From positions 6,647-70,646 of the forward strand of contig JAHEBH010000002.1 of assembly GCA_024642335.1 (NCBI GenBank): a stretch of 64,000 nucleotides of DNA. Direction: 5' to 3'. The notes beneath the pieces are model-generated. The model saw only the letters and a program-made list of their open reading frames with translations, searched no databases and was not told where the DNA came from. How positions within the stretch are numbered: position 1 is the stretch's first letter; each line of letters opens with the position of its first letter. Of this stretch, positions 52,366 to 62,620 are shown piece by piece. The DNA comes from Erythrobacter sp. (GTDB lineage Bacteria > Pseudomonadota > Alphaproteobacteria > Sphingomonadales > Sphingomonadaceae). A program made the translations under genes and the position numbers.

Positions 52366-53355
52366 ATGACCAGAATCATGCGCCATGAACTGCTGCTGAT
52401 CTTCAACGACGCGCGGGGTGCTTTCTCGGGTTGGTCAAACCTGCTGACGCTGCTTGTTGCGGTCCCCATATTGTTGCTGGCGGCACGGTCCTGGTTCGCG
52501 GAAGTTCCAGCCGACCAGGCCGGTTTTGTTATCGCGCTGTTCGGTTTCGCTGTCGGTCTGAGCGCCACACACTTGCTGGCAGAGAGGGTGCAGTACCATC
52601 AGACCCTGGGCATGCTGGCCGAAGAGGCGCTTGCCGTTCGCTCCGCCCTCGCCCCTTTTGCCATCTTGCTGGCAATGGCGGTCATCCTTGCTGCCGGCCT
52701 GGCCGGTCTGGTTCACCCTTCGGGTCTTGGCTATTTCCTTGCGGCAGCAGGGGCTGGCATTGCCGCGAGGGGTCTGCTCCTTATTGTTCTGAGCGCCAGT
52801 TCATCCGGGGGGAATTACAATGCGTTGTCGCGCGCCCTGCTCCGTCTTGCCGGAGACTGGCGCAGCGGACTGCTTCTTGGCCTTGCAGTCGCCCTCTCGG
52901 CGGCGGCCGGCAGCGCTCTGCTTGCCAAGGAGGCGAGCATGGCGCTTGCCCTTCTCCTTCCATGCATTCCGGCCCTCGCCCTCGCCAGCCTGGACGCAGG
53001 ATCGATGCGCTTCTTGGCCCAATCCGGGTTCTCCCCATGGCAGGCCATCCGGAAACACGCGCGGGCGCTGGTCGTGTTCGGGGGCACCATCGTTCCCGTC
53101 TATGCCATGACGACAGATCTTGTAACCGCTGCTTTCGCAGGCGGACTCGTCATTGTGGTCCTGCTGGTCATGATTGTGCGGCTGCTGTGCTATCGACTTT
53201 ATCCAAAGCGACTGGCCGATTTCACCGCCAGCATCCTCCTGATCGCCGTCATACTTGCCGGGATTGCGGTACCGCTTCTGGCACCCGTTGTCTTTGCCGT
53301 GCCTGTCGTCCGCCTGTGGGGCATGGCTTCGAACTCCACTTGGCGGATCGCATGA
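52366..53355 (+). CDS. Hypothetical polytopic membrane protein, probable ABC permease
   Basis: 329 aa, very hydrophobic; stop overlaps the ATPase start (ATGA). Confidence 0.65.
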   Translation: MTRIMRHELLLIFNDARGAFSGWSNLLTLLVAVPILLLAARSWFAEVPADQAGFVIALFGFAVGLSATHLLAERVQYHQTLGMLAEEALAVRSALAPFAILLAMAVILAAGLAGLVHPSGLGYFLAAAGAGIAARGLLLIVLSASSSGGNYNALSRALLRLAGDWRSGLLLGLAVALSAAAGSALLAKEASMALALLLPCIPALALASLDAGSMRFLAQSGFSPWQAIRKHARALVVFGGTIVPVYAMTTDLVTAAFAGGLVIVVLLVMIVRLLCYRLYPKRLADFTASILLIAVILAGIAVPLLAPVVFAVPVVRLWGMASNSTWRIA

Positions 53356-54080
53356 CGGAAGCGATCGCCCTTGATGATGTCTGCGTCCGGCGGGGCACCG
53401 ATATGGTGGTCCATTCGCTCTCCCTCGCAATCGACCAAGGGACATGGTTCGGATTGATGGGAGCAAACGGATCGGGCAAGACCACGCTGCTGCGGGCGCT
53501 GGCGGGAAGGCTGCCGATCGCACGTGGTACTTGCCGGTTGCTGGGGGCGGAACTCGCCGGTCGGCGGGCTGCAAGGGCAGCGCAAATGGGTTTCGCGCCC
53601 CCCATCGAAAGCCTGCCGGAAATGATGCGCGTCCGCGAGGCGCTGGCGCTGGTCGGTGGCGATCTCGACACGGCAATCGGCAATATCGAAGGCCTGGGCG
53701 ATGCCATGGCCATTCCGGGCCTGCTTGACCGGTGGATAGGCGATTGCTCCTCGGGAATGCGGCAAAGAGTCGCCATTGCCCTGGCTTTCGCTGGCGGTCG
53801 CGAGATCGTGATCCTGGACGAACCCTTCAACTGGCTGGATCCGGTTGCGGCCTTCGATATCAGGCATGTCCTTCGTGCAAGGGTGGACAAAGGACTGACG
53901 CTGGTCACAGCACTGCACGACATCCCGACGCTGACGACCTGTTGCGACGCTGGTCTCGTCATGGCGGAGGGACATGCCGCGCTCACCCTGACAAAGGATC
54001 AGCTCATCAAGGGTGCGATGGACCCGCTCTCGTTCGAAAGCGACATGATCCAGGCCTTGCGGACCCGCACCTGGACCTAG
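53352..54080 (+). CDS. ABC transporter ATP-binding protein
   Basis: GANGSGKT, CSSGMRQR, VILDEP, ALHD; true start lies inside the longer track ORF. Confidence 0.88.
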   Translation: MTEAIALDDVCVRRGTDMVVHSLSLAIDQGTWFGLMGANGSGKTTLLRALAGRLPIARGTCRLLGAELAGRRAARAAQMGFAPPIESLPEMMRVREALALVGGDLDTAIGNIEGLGDAMAIPGLLDRWIGDCSSGMRQRVAIALAFAGGREIVILDEPFNWLDPVAAFDIRHVLRARVDKGLTLVTALHDIPTLTTCCDAGLVMAEGHAALTLTKDQLIKGAMDPLSFESDMIQALRTRTWT

Positions 54081-54091
54081 GATCAGGCCGA

Positions 54092-54751
54092 TCAGGCAGC
54101 ACGCTGCTTCTGCCGCCAGAACCACCAGCTATAGATCAGCGGGATGATCGCGGCGATCAGGATCGGGCCAAGCACCAGCCCGGTGGCAAGCCCCGGCCCC
54201 GTTGGCAGAAAGGTATTGGCCGCCACCACGAAGCCCGCAAGCATCATCAACTTTCCGCCCAGCCGGTGCGTGGCGATCCAGTTATCCGTATCGGAAATGG
54301 TCCAGGGCGTGCGGATACCCACGAAGAAGCCTGGCCGACTTTTGGGAAGCATATTGCCCATTGCGATCAGCAACAGGCCCAGCGGCAGGTAGAACAGGCG
54401 CTTGGGCAAGTCCCATTCCATTGCCGGCGCGGCAATGGATGTCTGCACGAAGATCATGATCGCAATCATCCCCAACCACACCACGCGCATCAGCGGGGCT
54501 GAACCTTCGAGCCTGTCCTGAAGCGGCTCGAGCGATGGGATCACCGCCAACAGCAGAGAGACCAAGAACAGCACGCCAGGCGCGACCATCAACGCTGGCA
54601 GGGCATCGGTAAAGCGGTCCGGCTCGCCAGCGCCGTTGAAATGGATCGGCAATTGCGCGCCCTCTGGCAGAGCGGACGCAAGCCAAAGGCCAAAACCGGC
54701 CAGGGCCGCGACGACCAGCAGCGACAGAACCAGAAGAAACCTCGTATTCAT
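54092..54751 (-). CDS. SdpI family membrane protein (with DUF1648-like N-terminus)
   Basis: LPIHF...GEPD.F, GNMLPK.RP.FFVGIRTPWT......W..THRLGG. Confidence 0.88.
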   Translation of the reverse strand: MNTRFLLVLSLLVVAALAGFGLWLASALPEGAQLPIHFNGAGEPDRFTDALPALMVAPGVLFLVSLLLAVIPSLEPLQDRLEGSAPLMRVVWLGMIAIMIFVQTSIAAPAMEWDLPKRLFYLPLGLLLIAMGNMLPKSRPGFFVGIRTPWTISDTDNWIATHRLGGKLMMLAGFVVAANTFLPTGPGLATGLVLGPILIAAIIPLIYSWWFWRQKQRAA

Positions 54752-54753
54752 CC

Positions 54754-55038
54754 TTACTCTCCTTCCTTCGCGTCTTCACGGCTAACGCCCATGCGTCCCA
54801 TGAAACCCATCACGGCCTCTTGCAGCGTGGACATGTTCAAAGTGTAGGTGATGGTTCCGGCCCTGTTTTCACCCAGGATGAGTCCCGCCGCCTTGAGCTT
54901 GGCAAAGTGGCCTGACATGGTCGGCTTGGAGACCGGGAAATGATCGGCCAGCTCGCCAGCGGTCTTGCCGCCGCTCTTCAGCAGCTCCAGCACCTGTCGG
55001 CGAATCGGATGGGACAAGGCGTCGAAAACATCACTCAT
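54754..55038 (-). CDS. ArsR family repressor (SdpR-like)
   Basis: VFDALSHPIRRQVLELL..G..TAGELA..F..SKPTMS.HF..LK.AGLI. Confidence 0.9.
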   Translation of the reverse strand: MSDVFDALSHPIRRQVLELLKSGGKTAGELADHFPVSKPTMSGHFAKLKAAGLILGENRAGTITYTLNMSTLQEAVMGFMGRMGVSREDAKEGE

Positions 55039-55040
55039 AG

Positions 55041-55064
55041 CTATTTAGCTAATTTCCTAAATAG
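55041..55064. promoter_or_regulatory. Probable operator of the SdpR-like repressor
   Basis: Perfect inverted repeat CTATTTAG-N8-CTAAATAG, 2 nt upstream of the start codon. Confidence 0.7.
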
Positions 55065-55135
55065 AGCTTTGCAAGCGATTTCGTTTTTGCGCGCGCCCTA
55101 TCGCCATCCCGCGATTGCTGATTTAAGGGGCGGTG

Positions 55136-56290
55136 ATGGATATTGCCGATCTGCGGGTTGCCCTGTTCAGCGGCAACTACAACATGACCACGGACGGGGC
55201 GAACAAGGCGCTCAATCGGCTGGTCGAATACCTGCAGCGGCAGGGCGCGGTTGTGCGCGTCTATTCCCCGGTCAATGATACGCCCGCTTTCGAGCCGCAA
55301 GGCACTCTGGTGGGCCTGCCATCGGTGGCGATTCCGGGGCGCAGCGAATACAAGTTTCCTCTGATCCTGTCGCCCCGGATCAGGGCAGACCTGAACGCCT
55401 TCAATCCGCACGTACTGCACATTTCCTCACCCGATTTCGTCGCTCGCGCCGCAGTCAATTGGGCAAGGGCGCGGAACATCCCCGTGCTGGCATCGGTCCA
55501 TACGCGGTTCGATACCTATCCGCGCTATTACAATCTGGGCTTCCTGGAACCGCCACTCAAGGCGCTGATCCGCAGCCTCTATCGCAAGTGCGATGCGCTG
55601 GTGACCCCGTCCGAGAGCATGGCGGATGTCCTGCGCGAAGAGGGCATGAACGATGACATCGGCATCTGGTCGCGCGGCGTCGATCGCACAGTCTTCGACC
55701 CTTCGCGCCGCAATCTCTCCTGGCGCCGCGAGCTGGGCATTGCCGACAATGACGTTGCCGTCGGTTTCCTCGGCCGGTTGGTGATGGAAAAGGGGCTGGA
55801 TGTCTTCGCCGCCACCATCGCCGAGCTGCGCAAGCGCGGCGTGGAACACAAGGTGCTGGTGGTGGGCGAAGGGCCAGCGCGGGCAGGTTTCCTGCAGCAG
55901 TTGCCAGGCGCAGTCATGGCCGGGTTCCAAAGCGGCGAAAACCTGGGCCGCGCCGTCGCCAGCATGGATTTGCTGCTCAATCCCTCGATCACGGAGACCT
56001 TCGGCAACGTCACGCTGGAGGCAATGGCCAGTGGCATTCCCGTGGTCGCCGCGCGCGCCACGGGAAGCACCAGCCTTGTCGTCGATGGCCAGACCGGGAC
56101 CCTGGTCGAACCCGGAAATATCCCGGCCTTCGCCGATGCCATCACCGCCTATCGCAACGACGCCTCCCTGCGCACCACCCATGGCACTGCGGGCGAGCTG
56201 CGCAGCCGCAATTATGCATGGGACGCCATCAACAAAGCCGTGGCGGAAGCCTATCTGCGGCTGATCGGCCAACGCCAAGCCAGAGCCTGA
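55136..56290 (+). CDS. Glycosyltransferase family 4 (GT-B)
   Basis: RVALFSGNY, SVHTRFDTY, GRLVMEKG, ETFGNVTLEAMASG.PVVA. Confidence 0.9.
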   Translation: MDIADLRVALFSGNYNMTTDGANKALNRLVEYLQRQGAVVRVYSPVNDTPAFEPQGTLVGLPSVAIPGRSEYKFPLILSPRIRADLNAFNPHVLHISSPDFVARAAVNWARARNIPVLASVHTRFDTYPRYYNLGFLEPPLKALIRSLYRKCDALVTPSESMADVLREEGMNDDIGIWSRGVDRTVFDPSRRNLSWRRELGIADNDVAVGFLGRLVMEKGLDVFAATIAELRKRGVEHKVLVVGEGPARAGFLQQLPGAVMAGFQSGENLGRAVASMDLLLNPSITETFGNVTLEAMASGIPVVAARATGSTSLVVDGQTGTLVEPGNIPAFADAITAYRNDASLRTTHGTAGELRSRNYAWDAINKAVAEAYLRLIGQRQARA

Positions 56291-56300
56291 CGCCACAGAC

Positions 56301-56951
56301 TCAAAGGCGTTCGATCTTGCGCGCAACCTCGTCGATGAGGTCCACAATCTGTTCGACCTTGGCATCGTCGAGTCCAGCAGAGCGCTGGTGGCGCAAGGCG
56401 TTGCGCAAATTTTCCATCGCACGATGCATGTGCCGATGCGGGGACGAGCGTCGCTCCTCCCCGATGCCTGAAATGCGTTCGATCAGTGCCGCGACCGATT
56501 CCGCCTCGGCCTCGAGTTCAATGTTGCCGGCCCCGGTGACGGCGAAGACCTTGCGCGGACTGTCATCCGGCTGATCGGCAATAACGCCTTCGTCGAGCAT
56601 CATCTGCAACGTGGGATAGATCGTTCCAGGGCTGGGCGCATAGGCACCGCCGGTCATTTCCTCGATCGCCTTGATCAGGTCATAACCGTGGCGGGGCTGA
56701 TCAGCGAGCAGCTTCAGCAGGACCAGCCGCAACTCCCCCGAACCGAACATCCGACTGCGTGCCCGGCCTCTTCCGCCGCCGCCGCCAAATTTTCCGCCCG
56801 GACCGAAGGGAAAGTCCTCCCCGAAAGGGCCGCCAATCCCGAAGAAGTCTCCGCCCCGGCCACCAGAATGGCGCGCAGTCGCGCCCATGACAGCGAACTT
56901 GGCCAGTTTGCGGGCCTTGCGGCCCATGCGTCTTTCAAATCCGTTGTGCAT
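56301..56951 (-). CDS. PadR family transcriptional regulator
   Basis: LRLVLLKLLADQPRHGYDLIK, PSPGTIYPTL; Gly-rich N-terminus. Confidence 0.9.
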   Translation of the reverse strand: MHNGFERRMGRKARKLAKFAVMGATARHSGGRGGDFFGIGGPFGEDFPFGPGGKFGGGGGRGRARSRMFGSGELRLVLLKLLADQPRHGYDLIKAIEEMTGGAYAPSPGTIYPTLQMMLDEGVIADQPDDSPRKVFAVTGAGNIELEAEAESVAALIERISGIGEERRSSPHRHMHRAMENLRNALRHQRSAGLDDAKVEQIVDLIDEVARKIERL

Positions 56952-57049
56952 AACACCTCCGAATTAAATCGATACTTTACGATATATCTTAGTAATGACG
57001 GTATACAAGAGGGCTCGCAGGAATTTTCTCTTCCGCCTATCTGGAAAGC

Positions 57050-58366
57050 ATGGCCGATCTCTTTCCCGAAGACCCTGTCCAGCAGCACACTGACACGCCC
57101 GCCGAGGATGCCCCTCTCGCTGACCGTTTGCGCCCGCGCTCGCTTACCGAGGTGATCGGACAGCAGCACCTGACCGGCCCCGAGGGCGCGATCGGGCGCA
57201 TGGTTGCGGCGGGCCGCCTGTCCAGCATGATCTTGTGGGGACCGCCGGGTACGGGAAAGACCAGTATCGCCCGTCTGCTCGCCGATGCCGTAGGCATGCG
57301 TTACGAGGCCGTCAGCGCGGTCTTTTCGGGCGTGGCCGACCTGAAGAAGGCTTTTGCGGCCGCGGAAAAGGCGCGCGAGGCGGGCCAGCGCACGCTGCTG
57401 TTCGTGGACGAGATCCACCGCTTCAACCGCGCGCAGCAGGATGGCTTCCTGCCCTTCGTCGAACGCGGCACGGTGACGTTGGTCGGCGCGACCACCGAAA
57501 ATCCCAGCTTCGAGCTCAATGCCGCGCTGCTCAGCCGGGCGCAGGTGCTGATCCTGCACCGACTCGACGCTGAAGCCCTCTGCCAATTGCTCGTCCGGGC
57601 AGAGGAGCTGGAAGGCCCCCTCCCCCTTACTGCCGAAGCGCGCGAAGCGCTGATCGCCAGCGCGGATGGCGATGGGCGCTTCCTGCTCAACCAGGCCGAG
57701 ACGCTTTACGCCGCGAAGATCGCAGAACCGCTCGACCCATCGGGCCTCGGCCAGTTCCTGCAGCGCCGCGTCGCCGTTTATGACAAGGATCGCGAGGGGC
57801 ACTACAATCTCATTTCCGCCCTGCACAAGGCGGTGCGCGGGTCCGATCCGCAAGCTGCGCTGTATTACCTCGCCCGCATGCTGGTGGCGGGAGAAGAACC
57901 GCTGTTCCTCGCCCGCAGGCTCATTCGCATGGCGGTGGAGGATATCGGCCTCGCCGACCCGCAAGCGCTGCCCCAATGCGTTGCGGCGAAGGATGCCTAT
58001 CAGTTCCTCGGCAGCCCCGAGGGCGAGCTGGCGCTGGTGCAGGCCTGCCTCTATCTCGCCACCGCGCCCAAGAGCAACGCCGCCTATGCCGCACAGAAAG
58101 CCGCATGGAAAAGCGCCAGGGAAACAGGCAGCCTGATGCCGCCCATGAATATCGTCAACGCGCCCACCAAGCTGATGAAGGATGTCGGCTATGGCGCGGG
58201 CTACACCTACGACCATGACGCGGCCGAGGGATTTTCCGGCGACAACTACTGGCCCGAAGAGATGGAGCCGCAAGACTTCTACCAACCAGCCGAACGTGGC
58301 TTCGAACGCGAAGTGAAAAAGCGGCTCGACTACTGGCAGAAGCTGCGCGGGGAGCGCGGTGGTTAG
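57050..58366 (+). CDS. rarA: Replication-associated recombination protein A
   Basis: PLADRLRP, LWGPPGTGKTS, FVDEIHRFN, GATTENPSF, SALHKAVRGSD. Confidence 0.96.
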   Translation: MADLFPEDPVQQHTDTPAEDAPLADRLRPRSLTEVIGQQHLTGPEGAIGRMVAAGRLSSMILWGPPGTGKTSIARLLADAVGMRYEAVSAVFSGVADLKKAFAAAEKAREAGQRTLLFVDEIHRFNRAQQDGFLPFVERGTVTLVGATTENPSFELNAALLSRAQVLILHRLDAEALCQLLVRAEELEGPLPLTAEAREALIASADGDGRFLLNQAETLYAAKIAEPLDPSGLGQFLQRRVAVYDKDREGHYNLISALHKAVRGSDPQAALYYLARMLVAGEEPLFLARRLIRMAVEDIGLADPQALPQCVAAKDAYQFLGSPEGELALVQACLYLATAPKSNAAYAAQKAAWKSARETGSLMPPMNIVNAPTKLMKDVGYGAGYTYDHDAAEGFSGDNYWPEEMEPQDFYQPAERGFEREVKKRLDYWQKLRGERGG

Positions 58367-59228
58367 GCACTTCTCGCACTTTATCGCCATCGACTGGTCG
58401 GGGGCGAAGGGTAGCCGTCACAAGAGTATCGCCATGGCCGTGGCCCATGCCGATGGCGGGCCGCCCGTTCTGGTGGACCGCAAGAGCGGCTGGTCGCGTG
58501 AGGAAGTCTTTGAAGTGCTGCGCGATGAGCTTCCGGACAACAGCCTGGTCGGCTTCGACCTTGGCATTTCCCTGCCATTCGCGGACCACTCGGCCTTCTT
58601 TCCAGGTTGGCAGGAAACTCCCTGGAACGCTGAACAATTGTGGGAACTGATTGAAACAATCTGCGCCGAGGAAGAGGACTTTGCCGCGGGAACGTTTGTC
58701 GATCATCCCAAGGCACAGCACTATTTCCGCCGCCACGGTGGGCGAGAGGGCAAGCATTTCGGCGGTGGGCGCGGACGTTTTCGCGTGACCGAACATGCGC
58801 AGGCAGAACAGGGGCTCAAGCCCACCTCGAACTTCAACCTTGTCGGCGCGGCGCAGGTGGGCAAATCCAGCCTTACCGGCATGCGACTGCTCCATGCCTT
58901 GCGCAGGCATGTGCCCGTCTGGCCGGTTGACCCGCTGCCGCATACAGGCTCTGTGATTGTCGAAATCTATACCGCGCTTGCTGCCAAGGCCGCCGGGCGA
59001 AGCACCTCACGCGCGAAGATTCGCGACATGGGGGAACTTGATGATGCTCTGGTCGCGCTCAGCAGTCCGCCTCTGGGAAGTGCCGGACCGATTGACGATC
59101 ATTCCGCCGATGCCTTGATCACCGCTGCATGGATGCGCGCCCATGCGCAGCGGGCGGAACTGTGGTCACCACATGGAATGACACCACAAGTAGCGCGGAC
59201 GGAAGGCTGGACCTTCGGCGTTCTCTAA
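58359..59228 (+). CDS. Hypothetical protein, DUF429-like predicted RNase H-fold nuclease
   Basis: FIAIDWSGA, VGFDLGISLP, VEIYTA, DHSADAL acidic motifs; overlaps the rarA stop by 8 nt. Confidence 0.55.
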   Translation: MVRHFSHFIAIDWSGAKGSRHKSIAMAVAHADGGPPVLVDRKSGWSREEVFEVLRDELPDNSLVGFDLGISLPFADHSAFFPGWQETPWNAEQLWELIETICAEEEDFAAGTFVDHPKAQHYFRRHGGREGKHFGGGRGRFRVTEHAQAEQGLKPTSNFNLVGAAQVGKSSLTGMRLLHALRRHVPVWPVDPLPHTGSVIVEIYTALAAKAAGRSTSRAKIRDMGELDDALVALSSPPLGSAGPIDDHSADALITAAWMRAHAQRAELWSPHGMTPQVARTEGWTFGVL

Positions 59229-59237
59229 CCAAGCCGG

Positions 59238-59600
59238 TCAACGGCGACGCATCTCGCGGATTTCCTCGACCCGTGGATCAATGGCACGCTTTTGTTCGAT
59301 CCGGTGCGGGCGCGTATTCGCGCCTCCAGTGCCACTGCTGGCCAGTTGCTTGATCGCCTTGAGGTTTTCCTCCCTCGCCATGCCGGGAATGAGGAAGGCA
59401 TCGGCGATCCACCAGAAGGCCAGCGGGATGATGCCGATGATCGAAAGGCACATCAGCAGCTGGACAATGCCCGAACCTGTCTTGCCCAGGTAGAAACGGT
59501 GTGCCCCGAGGAAGCCCAGCAGGAACCACAGGATGTAACCAGCCCCTACACTCTTCCGGCGTGCTTCAAATTCCAGCCGGGCACGAAGATCATCGTCCAT
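59238..59600 (-). CDS. TM2 domain protein
   Basis: KSVGAGYILWFLLGFLGAHRFYLGK, W..DAFLIP. Confidence 0.85.
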   Translation of the reverse strand: MDDDLRARLEFEARRKSVGAGYILWFLLGFLGAHRFYLGKTGSGIVQLLMCLSIIGIIPLAFWWIADAFLIPGMAREENLKAIKQLASSGTGGANTRPHRIEQKRAIDPRVEEIREMRRR

Positions 59601-59731
59601 TTCCGCCTTCCCTCCAACAGTTTCAACGTAGTGACTGGTGGCGGTATCGCAAGCCTCTTGGGAAGCACGAGAAAAGCGCAAAACTGGTACTGGATTTTTC
59701 CGATCACTTGCCCCAAAGGGCTGCGCGACGT

Positions 59732-59807
<76 letters not shown>

Positions 59808-59834
59808 TCGCCCTAGCCATAGACTCCACCAGGC

Positions 59835-60560
59835 CTACTTCCCGAATTTTGGCAGGATCTTTCCCGCTTCATTGCGATATTTGCGATAGGAATCGCCATG
59901 TTCCGCGATCAGGTCACGCTCTTCATAGTGCAGGCCGATGAAGATGTAAGCGGTGAAGCCCAAGCTGAGGATGATCTGGGTCATCGTCATCGAAGGTGTC
60001 GCCCAGACCCCGATCAGTACGCCCGTCTGGATCGGGTGGCGGATATAGCTGTACATCGCGCGCTTGACGAAGGGCAGCGGTGGATTGGGCTGGTTCTTGA
60101 AGTTCAGATACACCTGCCGAAGACCGAACAGGTCAAAGTGGTTGATGGCAAATGTCGATGCCAGCAGGAAGACCCAGCCAAAACCAAAAAGCGCCCAGAG
60201 AAGGTAGGCGAGCGCTGGCTGTTCAACCAGCCAGACCTGACCCGGAACAGCCATCCAGTAACCCGTCAGTGCGATGCTGGTGATACCAGAGACCAGCACA
60301 TAGCTCGCCCGCTCCGCAGCGGTCGGGATTACTTTGGTGATGAGGGCTTTGAAGCCCGGCCGGGCCATGCCTGAATGGATCAAGCCCCACACGGCAACCA
60401 GCAGCACATTCCAGGCAATCGGCTGGACCGACACATCGCCGTCGCCCCAGAGATATCCGAACGGTAAAATTTGCGCCAATGAGGCAATGATCGCGACCAA
60501 TCCGATAACGCCAATGAAATAGCAGACGATGCCGTAGAGCAGCACAATTGTTCTTTGCAT
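59835..60560 (-). CDS. Membrane methyltransferase, MddA/NurM-like (methanethiol S-methyltransferase family)
   Basis: HSGMARP.FK, ERASYVL, INHFDLFGLRQV, RHP, WATPSMT, EERDL. Confidence 0.78.
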   Translation of the reverse strand: MQRTIVLLYGIVCYFIGVIGLVAIIASLAQILPFGYLWGDGDVSVQPIAWNVLLVAVWGLIHSGMARPGFKALITKVIPTAAERASYVLVSGITSIALTGYWMAVPGQVWLVEQPALAYLLWALFGFGWVFLLASTFAINHFDLFGLRQVYLNFKNQPNPPLPFVKRAMYSYIRHPIQTGVLIGVWATPSMTMTQIILSLGFTAYIFIGLHYEERDLIAEHGDSYRKYRNEAGKILPKFGK

Positions 60561-60656
60561 GTCGAATCCCCCGATTTGACCCGGGAGGCATACTATCACG
60601 ATTTGCGGGGCATCCCAAAAAGAGAGGTTTCAGGCAAACACTCTGCCTGGCACGAC

Positions 60657-61958
60657 TTATCGCCCCACCGCCACATATCGAAGGCCGTGTTTTTCAACAT
60701 CGGTGCGGCTGTAAAGATTGCGCAGGTCGACCAATAACGGGCGCTTGAGCAGTTCCTTGGTGCGCTCGAGGTTGAGCGCGCGGAAGGCATCCCATTCGGT
60801 CACGATCACTGCCGCATCCGCGCCCGTCATCGCATCGTAGGAGTTCTCGCAATAGGTCAGCCCGTCGATCACCGCCCTGGAGGTCTCCATGCCTTCGGGA
60901 TCGTAGGCGCGAACAGCGATCCCGGCGCCTTGCAGCGCCTTCACGATATCGATAGCGGGGGAATCGCGCATGTCGTCTGTGTTCGCCTTGAAGGTCAGGC
61001 CCAGCAGGGCGACCGTCATACCCTGCGTGTTACCGCCCATGGCATGGATGATCTTCTGGCCCATCGCCAGCTTTCGCTGGCTGTTCACCTTCACCACCGA
61101 ATCCACGATCTGCAGCGGAGCTCCGTAATCCTGCCCGGTCTTGAGCAGGGCCAGCGTGTCCTTGGGAAAGCATGATCCGCCATAGCCCGGGCCAGGCTGG
61201 AGGAAGCGCGCACCTATACGGCTGTCCGTACCGATCCCCTTGGCCACATCGCGGACATCGGCGCCGACCTTCTCGCACAGATCGGCGATCTCGTTGATGA
61301 AGCTGATCTTGGTAGCGAGGAAGGCGTTGGCGGCATATTTGGTCAGTTCGGCCGCGCGTCGGCTCATCGACAGGAGCGGCGCGTCATTGCGCGTCAGTGG
61401 CCGGTATACCTCCTGCAATACGGCCTCGGCATGATCGTCATTCACGCCAATCACCACGCGATCAGGATGTTTGAAATCGTCGATGGCCGCACCTTCGCGC
61501 AGGAATTCCGGGTTGGAAGCAACAGAGAATTTCAGCGAGGGGTTGGTCCGTCTGATGATCGCTTCAACCTCGTCACCCGTTCCCACAGGCACGGTGGACT
61601 TGTCGACCACCACCACCCCGTCGCGCAACAACGGCGCCATCTCCTCCGCTGCAGCGTAGACATAGGAAAGATCGGCGTGGCCATCGCCCCGACGCGAAGG
61701 CGTGCCCACGGCAATGAAGACCGCCTCCGCCTCCGGAAGCACGCTGGCGATATCGAGAGTGAAATCGAGGCGGCCCGAAGCGACATTGCTTTCCACCAAG
61801 TCATCCAGGCCCGGCTCGAAGATCGGAATCTTGCCCGCAAGCAACGCGTCAATCTTGGACTTGTCCTTGTCCACACAGGTCACGTGATGGCCGAAATCGG
61901 CAAAACAGGCTCCGGAAACCAGGCCCACATACCCAGTTCCAATCATCACAATACGCAT
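60657..61958 (-). CDS. ugd: UDP-glucose 6-dehydrogenase
   Basis: IGTGYVGLV, KSTVPVGT, SNPEFLREG, GYGGSCFPKD, GLTFKANTDD. Confidence 0.95.
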   Translation of the reverse strand: MRIVMIGTGYVGLVSGACFADFGHHVTCVDKDKSKIDALLAGKIPIFEPGLDDLVESNVASGRLDFTLDIASVLPEAEAVFIAVGTPSRRGDGHADLSYVYAAAEEMAPLLRDGVVVVDKSTVPVGTGDEVEAIIRRTNPSLKFSVASNPEFLREGAAIDDFKHPDRVVIGVNDDHAEAVLQEVYRPLTRNDAPLLSMSRRAAELTKYAANAFLATKISFINEIADLCEKVGADVRDVAKGIGTDSRIGARFLQPGPGYGGSCFPKDTLALLKTGQDYGAPLQIVDSVVKVNSQRKLAMGQKIIHAMGGNTQGMTVALLGLTFKANTDDMRDSPAIDIVKALQGAGIAVRAYDPEGMETSRAVIDGLTYCENSYDAMTGADAAVIVTEWDAFRALNLERTKELLKRPLLVDLRNLYSRTDVEKHGLRYVAVGR

Positions 61959-62051
61959 TCATAACTCCCTAAAACCTCGAAAAAATTCGGCGGGCGGCGA
62001 CGGCCCGGTCTGAATGCGTCCTAGCCAGAGCGATGACCTGGAGGCAAGCGC

Positions 62052-62519
62052 CTAGCCACGCCCGCGATAAGGGGCGACGCCCTGGTCGGGCAGCCACAAA
62101 CCTACAGGCGGCGTCCCGCTTTGCCAGAAGACATCGATGGGAATACCTCCGCGCGGATACCAGTAGCCGCCAATGCGCAGCCAATGCGGCTTCATCTCGG
62201 CAAACAGTCTCTCTCCGATCCCCACGGTCACATCCTCGTGAAACCCGTTGTGATTGCGGAAGGAGCCGAGAAACAGCTTGAGGCTCTTCGATTCCACAAT
62301 CGTATCTCCCGGCGCATAGTCGATCACCAGATGCGCGAAATCGGGCTGGCCGGTCACCGGGCAAAGCGAGGTAAACTCGGGTGCGGCAAACCGTACAAGA
62401 TAGAGCGATCCCATGCGCGGATTGGGCACGTAATCGAGAACTGCCTCTGCCGGGGATGCAGGAAGTGCGCTTTGCTGCCCCAGATGCAGCGGAGAAGATG
62501 GCGAGCTATCGTCTGTCAT
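62052..62519 (-). CDS. queF: PreQ0 nitrile reductase, unimodular type
   Basis: [30 protein letters not shown]...FHE, PRGGIP. Confidence 0.96.
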   Translation of the reverse strand: MTDDSSPSSPLHLGQQSALPASPAEAVLDYVPNPRMGSLYLVRFAAPEFTSLCPVTGQPDFAHLVIDYAPGDTIVESKSLKLFLGSFRNHNGFHEDVTVGIGERLFAEMKPHWLRIGGYWYPRGGIPIDVFWQSGTPPVGLWLPDQGVAPYRGRG

Positions 62520-62620
62520 GACAGCCTGATGCCGCCTTGCCAGCCTCTAGGCAAGAACAAGGATACTCGACCTGTCGAGAGCGCATTGTCCTGCACGCGC
62601 CCATGTTCTACCCCATGCGC

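Noticed and set aside
56968-56990. CGATA repeats upstream of padR
   Set aside because: Plausible operator, but too short and degenerate to support
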